Positions 16,983 through 25,499 of a stretch of DNA of 49,784 bases are shown one piece after another (positions within the stretch are counted from its first letter, which is position 1; each line of letters opens with the position of its first letter). A program made the position numbers and the translations under genes. A model generated the notes under the pieces. The model had not been told where the DNA came from, made no database searches, and saw only the letters and a list, made by a program, of their open reading frames with translations. This stretch comes from Planctomycetaceae bacterium (GTDB lineage Bacteria; Planctomycetota; Planctomycetia; Pirellulales; UBA1268): assembly GCA_046086245.1 (NCBI GenBank), contig JBJSXB010000257.1, positions 1 through 49,784 of the forward strand. The letters run 5' to 3'.

Positions 16983-17332
16983 CGCGGCACGCGCGGATCG
17001 ACGCGGAGGCTCCACGCGTCGATGCCACCCGCCATGCTCGTCACCGCCGGGAACCCGCGTTCGCGCAACCAACTCGCGACGCGGAGACTGCGCACACCGT
17101 GATGGCAGTGCACGATGATCGTCGTGCCACGGTAGCGCTCGATCTCGGACAGCCGGGCGGGCAATTCGTGCATCGGGATCAGGGTCGCACCCCCGATCGC
17201 CGCGATGGCGTGCTCGTCGGGGGTACGGCAGTCGAGGAGAAACGGCGACCCGGGCTCGCCACAACGCAGCAACTCGGCGGCGGCCAGCACGCCGATCTCG
17301 GGAGGCACGGTCCGAGACGGACCTTCGTTCAT
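16976..17332 (-). CDS. Rhodanese-domain sulfurtransferase
   Basis: Inner ATG (MNEGPSR...) preceded by AGGAG at 6-nt spacing. Single rhodanese domain with the active-site loop VHCHHGVRS. Confidence 0.8.
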   Translation of the reverse strand: MNEGPSRTVPPEIGVLAAAELLRCGEPGSPFLLDCRTPDEHAIAAIGGATLIPMHELPARLSEIERYRGTTIIVHCHHGVRSLRVASWLRERGFPAVTSMAGGIDAWSLRVDPRVPRY

Positions 17333-17410
17333 CGGCGTCTCCTCACCCACGATCGCCATGCACCGGCTCGGAGGAGGATGGGCCGAGCCGTCGTCCCTTC
17401 CCCGACCAAC

Positions 17411-17450
17411 CAAAAAAGGAGCGACCGGGGAGCGTTGGCCCCCCGGTCGC
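17411..17450 (-). terminator. Rho-independent terminator of the DUF1559 gene
   Basis: On the minus strand: GCGACCGGGG - 10-nt loop - CCCCGGTCGC (10-bp perfect stem, 17421-17450), followed by TCCTTTTTTG (17411-17420). It lies 74 nt downstream of the stop at 17524. Confidence 0.7.
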
Positions 17451-17523
17451 CCTTCGTTTCCTTCTTCGTGCCGAACGATCGCCGTTCGCGACGCCGCTCA
17501 GGCGCCGTGCTCGACGACGGCGA

Positions 17524-18636
17524 TCACTCGTTGCTGGCGTTCTCGCCCGAGTCGCGGCTGATCATCGACCAGTAAATGCCCGGGTCAATGTCCACGGCGA
17601 TGGTCCGGACCGAACCGTCCACGAAGGTGTGGGTCACGAGTCCACCCGAGTGGTCGCTCGACGGACCCCACGCCGAGTTCCCGAGCGGAAAGCGGGCGGT
17701 GTTGCCGGTGTTCGCGGCGCCGATCCGACCGGTGGCCTGGGCGGAAGGACCGTAACCGAGCGAGCAGACCACATTGGCCGTCGTCCACAAGCCGGTGCCG
17801 GCCAGGGACGGCAGGGCGGCCGAATCACCCGACACGCCGGTGACGTAGGCGGTGCAACCGTCGATCCACGCCGAGTTGCCACCCTCCTTCGACTCCGCGA
17901 TCAAGATCGTCTTCGACGTGCCGTCGCGAATCGCGCCCATGTTGAGCCCGAAGTACGGCAGGTTGTCGGACGCTTCGTTGACGACCTTCGGCCCACGGAA
18001 CGGAATCGCGCCATTGTCGCCGATCGTCGAGTTCTCCTCGCGCTCGCAGACGCCCGCCATCCCCTTGTAGTTGGTGATCGCGATGTTCGAGAGACCGCCC
18101 AAGCCGGTCAGCAGGCTCTTGAACGCACTCGCCGTGCCGATCTGGGCCGTCGGCTGCCCCGAGAAGCTCGGGCACACCAGCCCGGGCAATTGCGTCTGGT
18201 AGGCCATGCCCGTGCCACCCTGCACGGTATACGGATTGTTGACCGCGCCGGCGGAATTCAGCCGCGCGAAGCGATTCGAGTTCGACGCGAGGGTGTTGTA
18301 GAGATTCGTCTCTTCGAAGTACGGAAGCACGTGGGCGATCCAGCTGAATCCGCCAACGCCCGCGCTCGACATCGCCACGGCCGTGGTCGGCAGCCGATCG
18401 ATCGCGGCGGGGAACGCCTTGCGGGAGTCATGATGGTTCTGCATCGCCAAACCCAGTTGCTTGTTCTTGTTGCCGCAGCTACTCCGATTGGCGGCCTCAC
18501 GGGCGGCCTGCACGGCGGGCAGCAGAAGCCCGACCAGAGTGCCGATAATGGCGATCACGACGAGCAATTCGACGAGCGTGAAACCACGCTTCAAACGGCC
18601 GGAAACGAGTCCATGCTTCGGGCAACACAGCGTCAT
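17524..18636 (-). CDS. DUF1559 / H-X9-DG family protein with prepilin-type N-terminal cleavage/methylation motif
   Basis: KRGFTLVELLVVIAIIGTLVGLLLPAVQAAREAANRSSC.N..KQLGLAMQNHHD is the hallmark N-terminus of the planctomycetal DUF1559 family. The C-terminal ...DHSGGLVTHTFVDGSVR matches the H-X9-DG motif. GGAGG lies upstream of the ATG. Confidence 0.9.
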   Translation of the reverse strand: MTLCCPKHGLVSGRLKRGFTLVELLVVIAIIGTLVGLLLPAVQAAREAANRSSCGNKNKQLGLAMQNHHDSRKAFPAAIDRLPTTAVAMSSAGVGGFSWIAHVLPYFEETNLYNTLASNSNRFARLNSAGAVNNPYTVQGGTGMAYQTQLPGLVCPSFSGQPTAQIGTASAFKSLLTGLGGLSNIAITNYKGMAGVCEREENSTIGDNGAIPFRGPKVVNEASDNLPYFGLNMGAIRDGTSKTILIAESKEGGNSAWIDGCTAYVTGVSGDSAALPSLAGTGLWTTANVVCSLGYGPSAQATGRIGAANTGNTARFPLGNSAWGPSSDHSGGLVTHTFVDGSVRTIAVDIDPGIYWSMISRDSGENASNE

Positions 18637-18804
18637 GCGACACCTCCGTATGGGACGGGCAAAAAAGGAAACGCGATGAATGAAACGCCCCGGGGGTGCT
18701 AGTGTTGTGCGGACTTTTCGCCGAACCGACGGGAAGTCCGAGCGACCACCAAAACCCCCGATTTCGAGGCCAGATTACGGGGGTACTACGGGGGTGTCAA
18801 CCAA

Positions 18805-20070
18805 ATGGGTCGATCGCCAAAGGGGGGGTGCGACGCGGAGCGGGCACGGTCGTTCGCCCGCGACGTAGTGATCCGCCTGCGCGGGGCTGGGCACGAGGCG
18901 CTCTTTGCGGGTGGTTGCGTCCGTGACGAGCTGTTGTCCCGGACCCCGACCGATTACGACGTCGCCACATCCGCCCGCCCCGACGCGGTCCGCGACCTGT
19001 TCGGCAAGCGGCGGACGATCGCGGTCGGCGCCGCCTTCGGGGTGATCACGGTGATCGGTCCCGCGGACGCCGGGCAGGTGGAAGTCGCGACCTTCCGCAC
19101 CGATGCCGAATACACCGACGGCCGGCATCCGGCCGGCGTCACCTTCTCCACCGCACGCGACGACGCGCTGCGCCGTGACTTCACGATCAACGGAATGTTC
19201 CTCGACCCCCTCGGCGGGGAGATCCACGACTACGTCGGCGGGCGCGACGATCTGACGCGTGGGGTCGTCCGCGCGATCGGGTCGCCCGGCCTGCGGTTCG
19301 CGGAGGATCATCTGCGCATGCTGCGGGCGGTGCGCTTCACCGCCCAGTTCGATTTCATCCTCGATGGCGACACGCGGGCGGCGATCGAGCGCATGGCGGG
19401 GCTCGTGTCGACGGTCAGTCCCGAGCGCGTGGCGGAGGAGCTGCGGCGGATGGTGGCCGGGCCGGGGGGACGAAAGGCCCTCGAACTGCTCGCCGAGACG
19501 GGGCTGGCGCCCCACGTGCTCGGCGAGTTCCCGACGGACTCGATCGTTGCGGCCGCCACGGTCGTGGGTGCGATGGACGAGCCGTGCCTGTCGGCCGCCC
19601 TGGCGGCGGGCGCGGTGGGCGCCGATCCACACGCAGCGCCGGACCTCGTCGAGCGGGCGGCGACACGCCTGCGGTTGAGCCACAAGGAGTCGGATCGGGC
19701 CCGCTGGCTCGTCGACGGCATGGCGACGACGTCCGCGGTCGGCGATCGGCCGGCCGATCTGCCCTGGTCGCGGATGCAACCCTGGGTCGCCCATGCCGAT
19801 GCCTCGATCCTCGCCGATCTGTGGCGCGCGCAGGCGGCCGTCGGCCGCGGTTCCGCCGTCGGAGCCCGCTGGTTCTCCGACCAGGTGGTTCGGCCGCGGC
19901 ATGAGATCGATCCGCCCGCCTGGCTTTCCGGCGCCGACCTGCTCGCGGCGGGCGTCGCACCCGGACCTCGGATGGGAGCCCTGCTCGCGGAGCTCCGTCG
20001 TCGCCAGCTCGACGGCGAACTCGTCTCCCGCGAGGCGGCCCTCGCCTGGGCGCGGTCGCAGGCGAGTTGA
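18805..20070 (+). CDS. cca: CCA-adding enzyme / poly(A) polymerase-family tRNA nucleotidyltransferase
   Basis: FAGGCVRDELL ... DYDVAT ... (nucleotidyltransferase GG.vRD / D.D motif), RTDAEYTDGRHP and RRDFTINGMFLDP blocks. Confidence 0.85.
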   Translation: MGRSPKGGCDAERARSFARDVVIRLRGAGHEALFAGGCVRDELLSRTPTDYDVATSARPDAVRDLFGKRRTIAVGAAFGVITVIGPADAGQVEVATFRTDAEYTDGRHPAGVTFSTARDDALRRDFTINGMFLDPLGGEIHDYVGGRDDLTRGVVRAIGSPGLRFAEDHLRMLRAVRFTAQFDFILDGDTRAAIERMAGLVSTVSPERVAEELRRMVAGPGGRKALELLAETGLAPHVLGEFPTDSIVAAATVVGAMDEPCLSAALAAGAVGADPHAAPDLVERAATRLRLSHKESDRARWLVDGMATTSAVGDRPADLPWSRMQPWVAHADASILADLWRAQAAVGRGSAVGARWFSDQVVRPRHEIDPPAWLSGADLLAAGVAPGPRMGALLAELRRRQLDGELVSREAALAWARSQAS

Positions 20071-20135
20071 GCGGCGGAGCCGTCTGGCCCGCGCGACCGC
20101 CCTCACGCGGCAGAGGCGACGATGCGCAGACGCGA

Positions 20136-20915
20136 TCAACCGGGTGGGGCCGAGGGCATCGGCAGATCCTCGATCCGCTCCAGATGGAAGACCTCGAGAA
20201 ATCGGCGCGTCGTCCGGTAGCAGGGCGACCCGCCGGCGATCCGCTCGATGGCGAGCAGCCCGCGGCTCACCAGGGTGCGGAGCGTCGCCGGCGCGGCATC
20301 GCAGCCCAAGGCGACCAGGGCGTCGCGCGCCACCGGTTGATTCCAGGCGACCACCGCGAGCACGTCGAGCGCTTCGGCGTCGAGGCGGACCAGCCGGGCG
20401 CGCGACTCGCTCACCCGGCCGATGCCGGTGAACTCGGGGCGCAGACGCATCACCCAGCCGGCATCCACCGACACGACGTCGTACGGACAGCCGTTGGCCC
20501 GGTAGCGGCGCGACAGGTCGGCGGCGAGATCGTCGATCTCCTGCGGCCGGACGCCCCGCATCAGGCCCGCCACGCGGCGCGAGGTCAGCGGCACGCCGTC
20601 CGGCAGGCCCACGAACAACAGCGCCTCGAGGATCGTGGCCGGATCGACCCGGCAGCCCGCCTCCCCGGCGGCGGTGAATCCGTCGTCGTCGAGCGTCGGC
20701 GACGGGTCTTCGCGGACGACGTCGTCACCGTTCCCCGGCGTGGCCCACGGATCGGCCGAACCCATCATCGCCGCGAACGCCTGGGCGAGGCGGTCGATCG
20801 AGAGCCCGCCGTCGGCGGGGGGGCCGACGAATCCGGGGGCCGGCTTGGCGCTGCCAGGTGACGGAGTGCGCGGGGGGCGTGGCACGGCGGTGATCCCGGT
20901 CGGGGGCCCTGCCAC
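20136..20915 (-). CDS. scpB: Segregation and condensation protein B
   Basis: ILEALLFVG..P.. (the ScpB N-terminal block) and two winged-helix halves (...DVLAVVAWNQPVARDALVALGCDAAPATLRTLVSRGLL...). The track start is a GTG; an ATG at 20768 is an alternative. Confidence 0.8.
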   Translation of the reverse strand: MAGPPTGITAVPRPPRTPSPGSAKPAPGFVGPPADGGLSIDRLAQAFAAMMGSADPWATPGNGDDVVREDPSPTLDDDGFTAAGEAGCRVDPATILEALLFVGLPDGVPLTSRRVAGLMRGVRPQEIDDLAADLSRRYRANGCPYDVVSVDAGWVMRLRPEFTGIGRVSESRARLVRLDAEALDVLAVVAWNQPVARDALVALGCDAAPATLRTLVSRGLLAIERIAGGSPCYRTTRRFLEVFHLERIEDLPMPSAPPG

Positions 20916-20939
20916 GAGGCAGGCCGGTCGCGGCGGGAT

Positions 20940-21911
20940 TCAATCAGCGCGCGACCGGGGAAACAAGAGCTTTTGCCGTTCCTTTCTTCCCCTTCGCCGG
21001 GCGGGTTCCTCCCCGCGCGCCCGCCGGACGAGGCGCCGACCGGCGGCGGTCGGCGGCACGCTCTTGAGCGGCTCCGGAGCCCCGTCGAGCGGCTGACCCG
21101 GCCGGATCGCCGCCAGTCGTTTGCGGATCTGGCCGACGTAGCCCGCCGACAGTTCGAGGCCGACGTAGGACCGCTCCAGTTTCTTCGCCACCGCCAGGGT
21201 CGTGCCGCTCCCGGCGAACGGATCGAGCACCAGCTCGCCGGGGCGGCTCGAGGCCCGGATGATCCGGCCGAGCAACTGCTCCGGCATCTGGCAGCCATGC
21301 CATCCGCCGCGCTCCTTGAACGTGCCGCAGACGCGCGGGAAGTACCAGGTGTCGCCGTCGGCGGCGAATCCCTCGGGAAGGTCCTGCGGCCTGAGGATCC
21401 AGGTGTCGTCGGGGAGGCGGCCGGTCGGATCGGCGCGTTTGTCGCCGTAGACGAGTTCCCGCGCCGACGGCACGCGGATGGTCTCGGCGTTGAACGTGAA
21501 TCGCTTCGGATCGCGCACGAGATGGAAGAGGTGCGCGTGCGAGCGGCTGAACTTCTGCCGGCAGTTGACGCCGAACGTGTAGTACCACACCACCCAACTG
21601 CGGCACGTCAGACCCAACTCGCGCGTGGCGAGGAGCTTCAGTTCCGCCGCGTATTCGTCGCCGATCGCCAGCCAGACCGTCCCGTCGGGACGAAGCACGC
21701 GGACGATCTCGGCCAGCCAGCCTGCCGACCAGGCGAGGTAGTCGTCCGCCGAACGCCGGTCGTCGTAGGTGTCGTAGTCGTAGCCGATGTTGAACGGCGG
21801 GTCGGCGAAGGCGAGGTGCACCGACCCGTCGGGCAGGCGCCGCAGCAGGTCGAGGCAGTCGCCGCGGTGCACGCGGTCGATCGGCAGCGGCCGGGGGGCC
21901 TTCCCTGGCAT
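20940..21911 (-). CDS. Site-specific DNA methyltransferase, beta-class (N6-adenine or N4-cytosine), orphan
   Basis: Motif [14 protein letters not shown] lies N-terminal to motif [18 protein letters not shown], which is the beta-class order. The C-terminal tail is basic. No restriction endonuclease-like gene is adjacent. Confidence 0.9.
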   Translation of the reverse strand: MPGKAPRPLPIDRVHRGDCLDLLRRLPDGSVHLAFADPPFNIGYDYDTYDDRRSADDYLAWSAGWLAEIVRVLRPDGTVWLAIGDEYAAELKLLATRELGLTCRSWVVWYYTFGVNCRQKFSRSHAHLFHLVRDPKRFTFNAETIRVPSARELVYGDKRADPTGRLPDDTWILRPQDLPEGFAADGDTWYFPRVCGTFKERGGWHGCQMPEQLLGRIIRASSRPGELVLDPFAGSGTTLAVAKKLERSYVGLELSAGYVGQIRKRLAAIRPGQPLDGAPEPLKSVPPTAAGRRLVRRARGEEPARRRGRKERQKLLFPRSRAD

Positions 21912-21914
21912 CGC

Positions 21915-23171
21915 TCAACCTCCGGTCGCGAGCCGCAGCGCGACGGTGCAGGCGGCCTCGAACGCCGCCAGGTCGAGACGCTCGTTCGTGGTGTGGATCT
22001 CCATCTGACCGCAGCCGAGCGTCACCGTGGGCACGCCGTTGGCCGCCATCCAGTTGGCGTCGAGGCCGCCGTTGGAAACCTCCGGACGCGGTTGCAGTCC
22101 CACCGCCCGCACCGCCTCCGTCGCCGCGCGCACGCAGGGTTCGTCGTCCGTGAGACGAAAGGCCTCGTAGTCGAGCCGCCCGTCGATCTTCACGCTCCCC
22201 GTGGTGCCGTCGGCCGCGCGCACCCGCTTGGCCGCATCGGCGAACGCCTTTTCGATCGCCTTGACGATCCGGCCGCGGAAGGCCGGATCGTGGCCCCGCG
22301 CCTCGGCCTTGAGAACGGCCGAATCGGCGACGACGTTGGTGGCGCTGCCGGCTTGGATCGTGCCGACGTTGCTCGTGCCGCGCTTGCCGTCCTTGTGCAC
22401 CAGACCGTGCCAGCCGCCGGCGACCAGATCGGCGATCGCCAGCGCGGCGATCGCGATCGCCGACACCCCCTTCTCGGGGGCGACGCCGGCGTGGCTCGGC
22501 AACCCCGCGATGTGGATGTCCATCCGGTGCCCGCCGGTCGCCCCGACGGTGATCTTCTCCACCGCGCCGCCGTCGAAGTTGAACGCCAGACGCGGCCGGC
22601 CCAGGTCCGTCGCCTTGACGAACCGCGCCCCGTACAGGCCGACCTCTTCCTGGATGGCGAACAGGAACGTCAACGGGGGATGATCGAGCCCGCGACGGAG
22701 GATCTCCACGGCGGTCGCCAGGACGACCGCGCAGCCGGCCCGGTCGTCGGCTCCCAGACCGGTCGCCGGATCGGCGCTGACGACGTGGCGCCCCACCACC
22801 TTCGGTTTCGAGCCGAGGCAGACCGGGACGGTGTCCATGTGGGCCATGAACAGGCGCCGTGGCGCGGCGACCGTGCCGGGCAACTTGACGATCAGATTGC
22901 CGACGTCACCGCGCAGCGGGGTCTTCGTGTGCGCCTTGTCGAACATGATCGCACGACGGGGACACCCCGCCTCGACGAGTCGTTCGACGATGCGGTCGGC
23001 GACACCCTTCTCGTTCCCCGAGACGCCGGGAATGGCCATCAATTCGAGAACCAGGCGGCGCGCGGCGACGAGATCGGGCAGCGGGGCGGCGCCGGCCGCT
23101 CCGTCGCGTTGCGTGCGGTCGCCGCGCGCGGAGTGCAAAGACGGCGCCTTTCGCTTCGGGGACACTGCCAT
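21915..23171 (-). CDS. M20-family metallopeptidase (peptidase T-like)
   Basis: Metal-ligand blocks MAHMDTVP, GADDRAGCAVVL and IQEEVGLYGA, in the order typical of M20/PepT-like enzymes. Inner ATG (MAVSPKRK...). The stop lies 3 nt before the methyltransferase start. Confidence 0.8.
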   Translation of the reverse strand: MAVSPKRKAPSLHSARGDRTQRDGAAGAAPLPDLVAARRLVLELMAIPGVSGNEKGVADRIVERLVEAGCPRRAIMFDKAHTKTPLRGDVGNLIVKLPGTVAAPRRLFMAHMDTVPVCLGSKPKVVGRHVVSADPATGLGADDRAGCAVVLATAVEILRRGLDHPPLTFLFAIQEEVGLYGARFVKATDLGRPRLAFNFDGGAVEKITVGATGGHRMDIHIAGLPSHAGVAPEKGVSAIAIAALAIADLVAGGWHGLVHKDGKRGTSNVGTIQAGSATNVVADSAVLKAEARGHDPAFRGRIVKAIEKAFADAAKRVRAADGTTGSVKIDGRLDYEAFRLTDDEPCVRAATEAVRAVGLQPRPEVSNGGLDANWMAANGVPTVTLGCGQMEIHTTNERLDLAAFEAACTVALRLATGG

Positions 23172-23449
23172 GCGCGTGCTCCTCACCGGGGTTCCGACCG
23201 CTGCCGACGCGGGCACCCTCGCGGGGCGGCCCCGAGGCGTCGCCGTGACGCGGTCGCCGGAGGACGGAGTCTACGACCCACCCGCTGGGCACGCCACGGC
23301 CGCCGACCTCTCCGGCATGGCAGCGTCCGATGGGCACGGCAGCGCACCAGGCGCGCAACTCGACAGCGACCCGCTCAGCGGGGAAGATGGCTCGACGCGT
23401 GCCGGCCGTCGCCCCATCGTGCCGTCGCACCCTCGAGCCGAGAGCATCC

Positions 23450-24505
23450 ATGGCCACAGCCGATCCCGCAGGCGTCTCCCACCACGGGGGACCGACCGGC
23501 CGCAGCCCGACGGCCGCCGCGGTCGCCGGCGAGGCGGAAGCGGTGGCGGCGGCCCATCGCCGGCTCGTGGCCGGCCTCTCGCGCGTGATCATCGGCCAGG
23601 AAGGGGTGCTCGATCTCCTGCTGATGGCGCTGTTCTGCAAGGGTCACTGCATCCTCGAGGGGGTGCCGGGGCTGGCGAAGACGCTGATGATCTCGAGCCT
23701 GGCGCGGCTGCTCTCGATGCGCTTCAGCCGCATCCAATTCACCCCCGACCTCATGCCCTCCGACATCACCGGGACGGAAATCCTCCAGGAGGACAAGAGC
23801 AGCGGGCGGCGGGAACTGCGTTTCGTCCAGGGACCGGTGTTCGCCAACCTCGTTCTCGCCGACGAGATCAACCGCACCCCTCCCAAGACGCAGGCGGCCC
23901 TGCTGCAGGCGATGCAGGAATACCACGTCACCGTCGCGGGACAGTCGTTCGACCTGCCGCGGCCGTTCTTCGTGCTCGGCACCCAAAACCCGATCGAGAG
24001 CGAGGGCACCTATCCGCTTCCGGAGGCGCAGCTCGATCGCTTCATGTTCAAGATCACCGTCGATTACCCGTCGCTGGCCGACGAAATCCGCGTCGCGACG
24101 TCGACCACTTCGCGGTACGACACCGATCTCGAACCGGTGCTCGGCGAGTCCGACATCATCCGCATCCAGGAGGTGGTGCGCGACGTGATCGTCGCGGAGC
24201 CGGTCGCCTCCTACGCCGTGCGGCTGGCGCGGGCGACGCGCCCGGGCGATCCGGCGGCGAGCGCCGACGTGCGCCGCTGGCTCTCCTGGGGTGCCGGCCC
24301 CCGCGCCTGCCAGGCGCTGCTGCTCGGGGCGAAGGCGCGGTCGCTGCTCGACGGACGGCCGAACGCCTCGTTCGAAGACATCCGTGGTGTCGCCAAGCCC
24401 GTCCTCCGACACCGACTCGTGGCGAGCTTCACCGCCGAGAGCGAGGGCGTGTCGACCGATTCGATCATCGACAGCCTCCTCGACACGCTTCCCGAGACGG
24501 CCTGA
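23450..24505 (+). CDS. MoxR-family AAA+ ATPase
   Basis: VIIGQEGVLDLLLMALFCKGHCILEGVPGLAKTLMISSLARLL ... FSRIQFTPDLMPSDITG ... VLADEINRTPPKTQAALLQAMQE ... FFVLGTQNPIE are the canonical MoxR blocks. Confidence 0.9.
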   Translation: MATADPAGVSHHGGPTGRSPTAAAVAGEAEAVAAAHRRLVAGLSRVIIGQEGVLDLLLMALFCKGHCILEGVPGLAKTLMISSLARLLSMRFSRIQFTPDLMPSDITGTEILQEDKSSGRRELRFVQGPVFANLVLADEINRTPPKTQAALLQAMQEYHVTVAGQSFDLPRPFFVLGTQNPIESEGTYPLPEAQLDRFMFKITVDYPSLADEIRVATSTTSRYDTDLEPVLGESDIIRIQEVVRDVIVAEPVASYAVRLARATRPGDPAASADVRRWLSWGAGPRACQALLLGAKARSLLDGRPNASFEDIRGVAKPVLRHRLVASFTAESEGVSTDSIIDSLLDTLPETA

Positions 24506-24535
24506 CGCACCGCGCCGCCGCCCGCAGGACCTCGC

Positions 24536-25474
24536 ATGCCCCCCCGCCCCCCCGCCGCCGCAGCCCCGCCGGCGGCGCCGCTTCCCGCGGGTCCTTTCGT
24601 CGATCCGCGGGCGCTGGCCCTGATCGCGCGGCTGGAATGGATCGCGCGCTCGGCGGTCGAAGGCCTGTTGTCGGGCGTGCATCCAAGCCCGTTCTTCGGA
24701 TCGAGCGTCGAGTACGCCGACCATCGCCCCTACACCCCGAGCGACGAACTGCGGACACTGGACTGGAAGCTGGTCGCCAAGACCGATCGCTACTTCGTCA
24801 AGCTGTTCGAGGACCGCACCAATACGCGGGTGACCGTCGTCCTCGACACGAGCCGATCGATGGCGTTCGGTTCGGGCGCGGCGTCGAAGCTCGACTTCGG
24901 GCGCGGACTCGCCGCGTCCGTTCTTCATCTGGCGCTCGAGCAGAACGATGCCGCGGGGCTGGTGACATTCGACTCCGCGGTCCGGTCGTACGTTCCGCCA
25001 CGCGGCATGGCGAATCATTTCCGCCATCTGCTCGCCGCACTCGCCGCCGCCGAACCCGGTGGCGACACCTCGGTCCGTGGCGCGCTCACCGACGTCGCCG
25101 GACGGCTGCCGCGCCGTGGGATCGTCGTCCTGGTGAGTGATCTCCTCGACGATCCCGCCGGCATCGCCGCCGGGTTGTCGCTGCTCCGCCACCGTCGGCA
25201 CGACCTGGTCGTGTTCCACGTCGTCGACCCCGCGGAGCGGAGTTTCCCCTGGGAGCGTTCGGCCCGGTTCCGCGACATGGAGGGAGAGGGGCGGCTGGTC
25301 GCCCACCCGCGCCAGGTGCGGGCCGCGTACCAGGAGCGTTTCGAGGCGTTCCTCGCCGCCGTGCGCACCGCCTGCCTCGAGCGTTCGATCGGCTACGAAA
25401 TGGTGCTCACCGACCAGCCCGTCGAGGAGATGCTGGCGGCCTACCTCGCCCGCCGCGCCCGCCTCACCGGCTGA
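24536..25474 (+). CDS. DUF58 (vWA-like) protein, MoxR partner
   Basis: DHRPYTPSDELRTLDWKLVAKTDRYFVKLFEDRTNTRVTVVLDTSRSM is the signature DUF58 block (the D.r.iDWk..aR segment followed by a DxSxS-like motif). It starts 30 nt after the MoxR stop. Confidence 0.85.
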   Translation: MPPRPPAAAAPPAAPLPAGPFVDPRALALIARLEWIARSAVEGLLSGVHPSPFFGSSVEYADHRPYTPSDELRTLDWKLVAKTDRYFVKLFEDRTNTRVTVVLDTSRSMAFGSGAASKLDFGRGLAASVLHLALEQNDAAGLVTFDSAVRSYVPPRGMANHFRHLLAALAAAEPGGDTSVRGALTDVAGRLPRRGIVVLVSDLLDDPAGIAAGLSLLRHRRHDLVVFHVVDPAERSFPWERSARFRDMEGEGRLVAHPRQVRAAYQERFEAFLAAVRTACLERSIGYEMVLTDQPVEEMLAAYLARRARLTG

Positions 25475-25499
25475 TCCGCTCCGCCGGCCCGCCACCGCC

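Noticed and set aside
18203-18217. Sigma-54 promoter-like element on the minus strand (TGGCACGGGCATGGC), relevant given the nearby NtrC-family regulator
   Set aside because: It lies inside the DUF1559 coding sequence. The -12 element is TGGC rather than TTGC. No gene start lies at a suitable distance downstream. It is probably a chance match.
20940-21911. Methyltransferase as part of a restriction-modification or other defence island
   Set aside because: No endonuclease, specificity subunit, helicase or other defence-type gene is adjacent. The neighbours are housekeeping genes (M20 peptidase, scpB, cca), so I treat it as an orphan methyltransferase.
20973-23588. 871-aa plus-strand ORF
   Set aside because: It is antisense to the methyltransferase and M20 peptidase genes, both of which carry diagnostic motifs. 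Its composition is Arg/Gly/Ala-rich.
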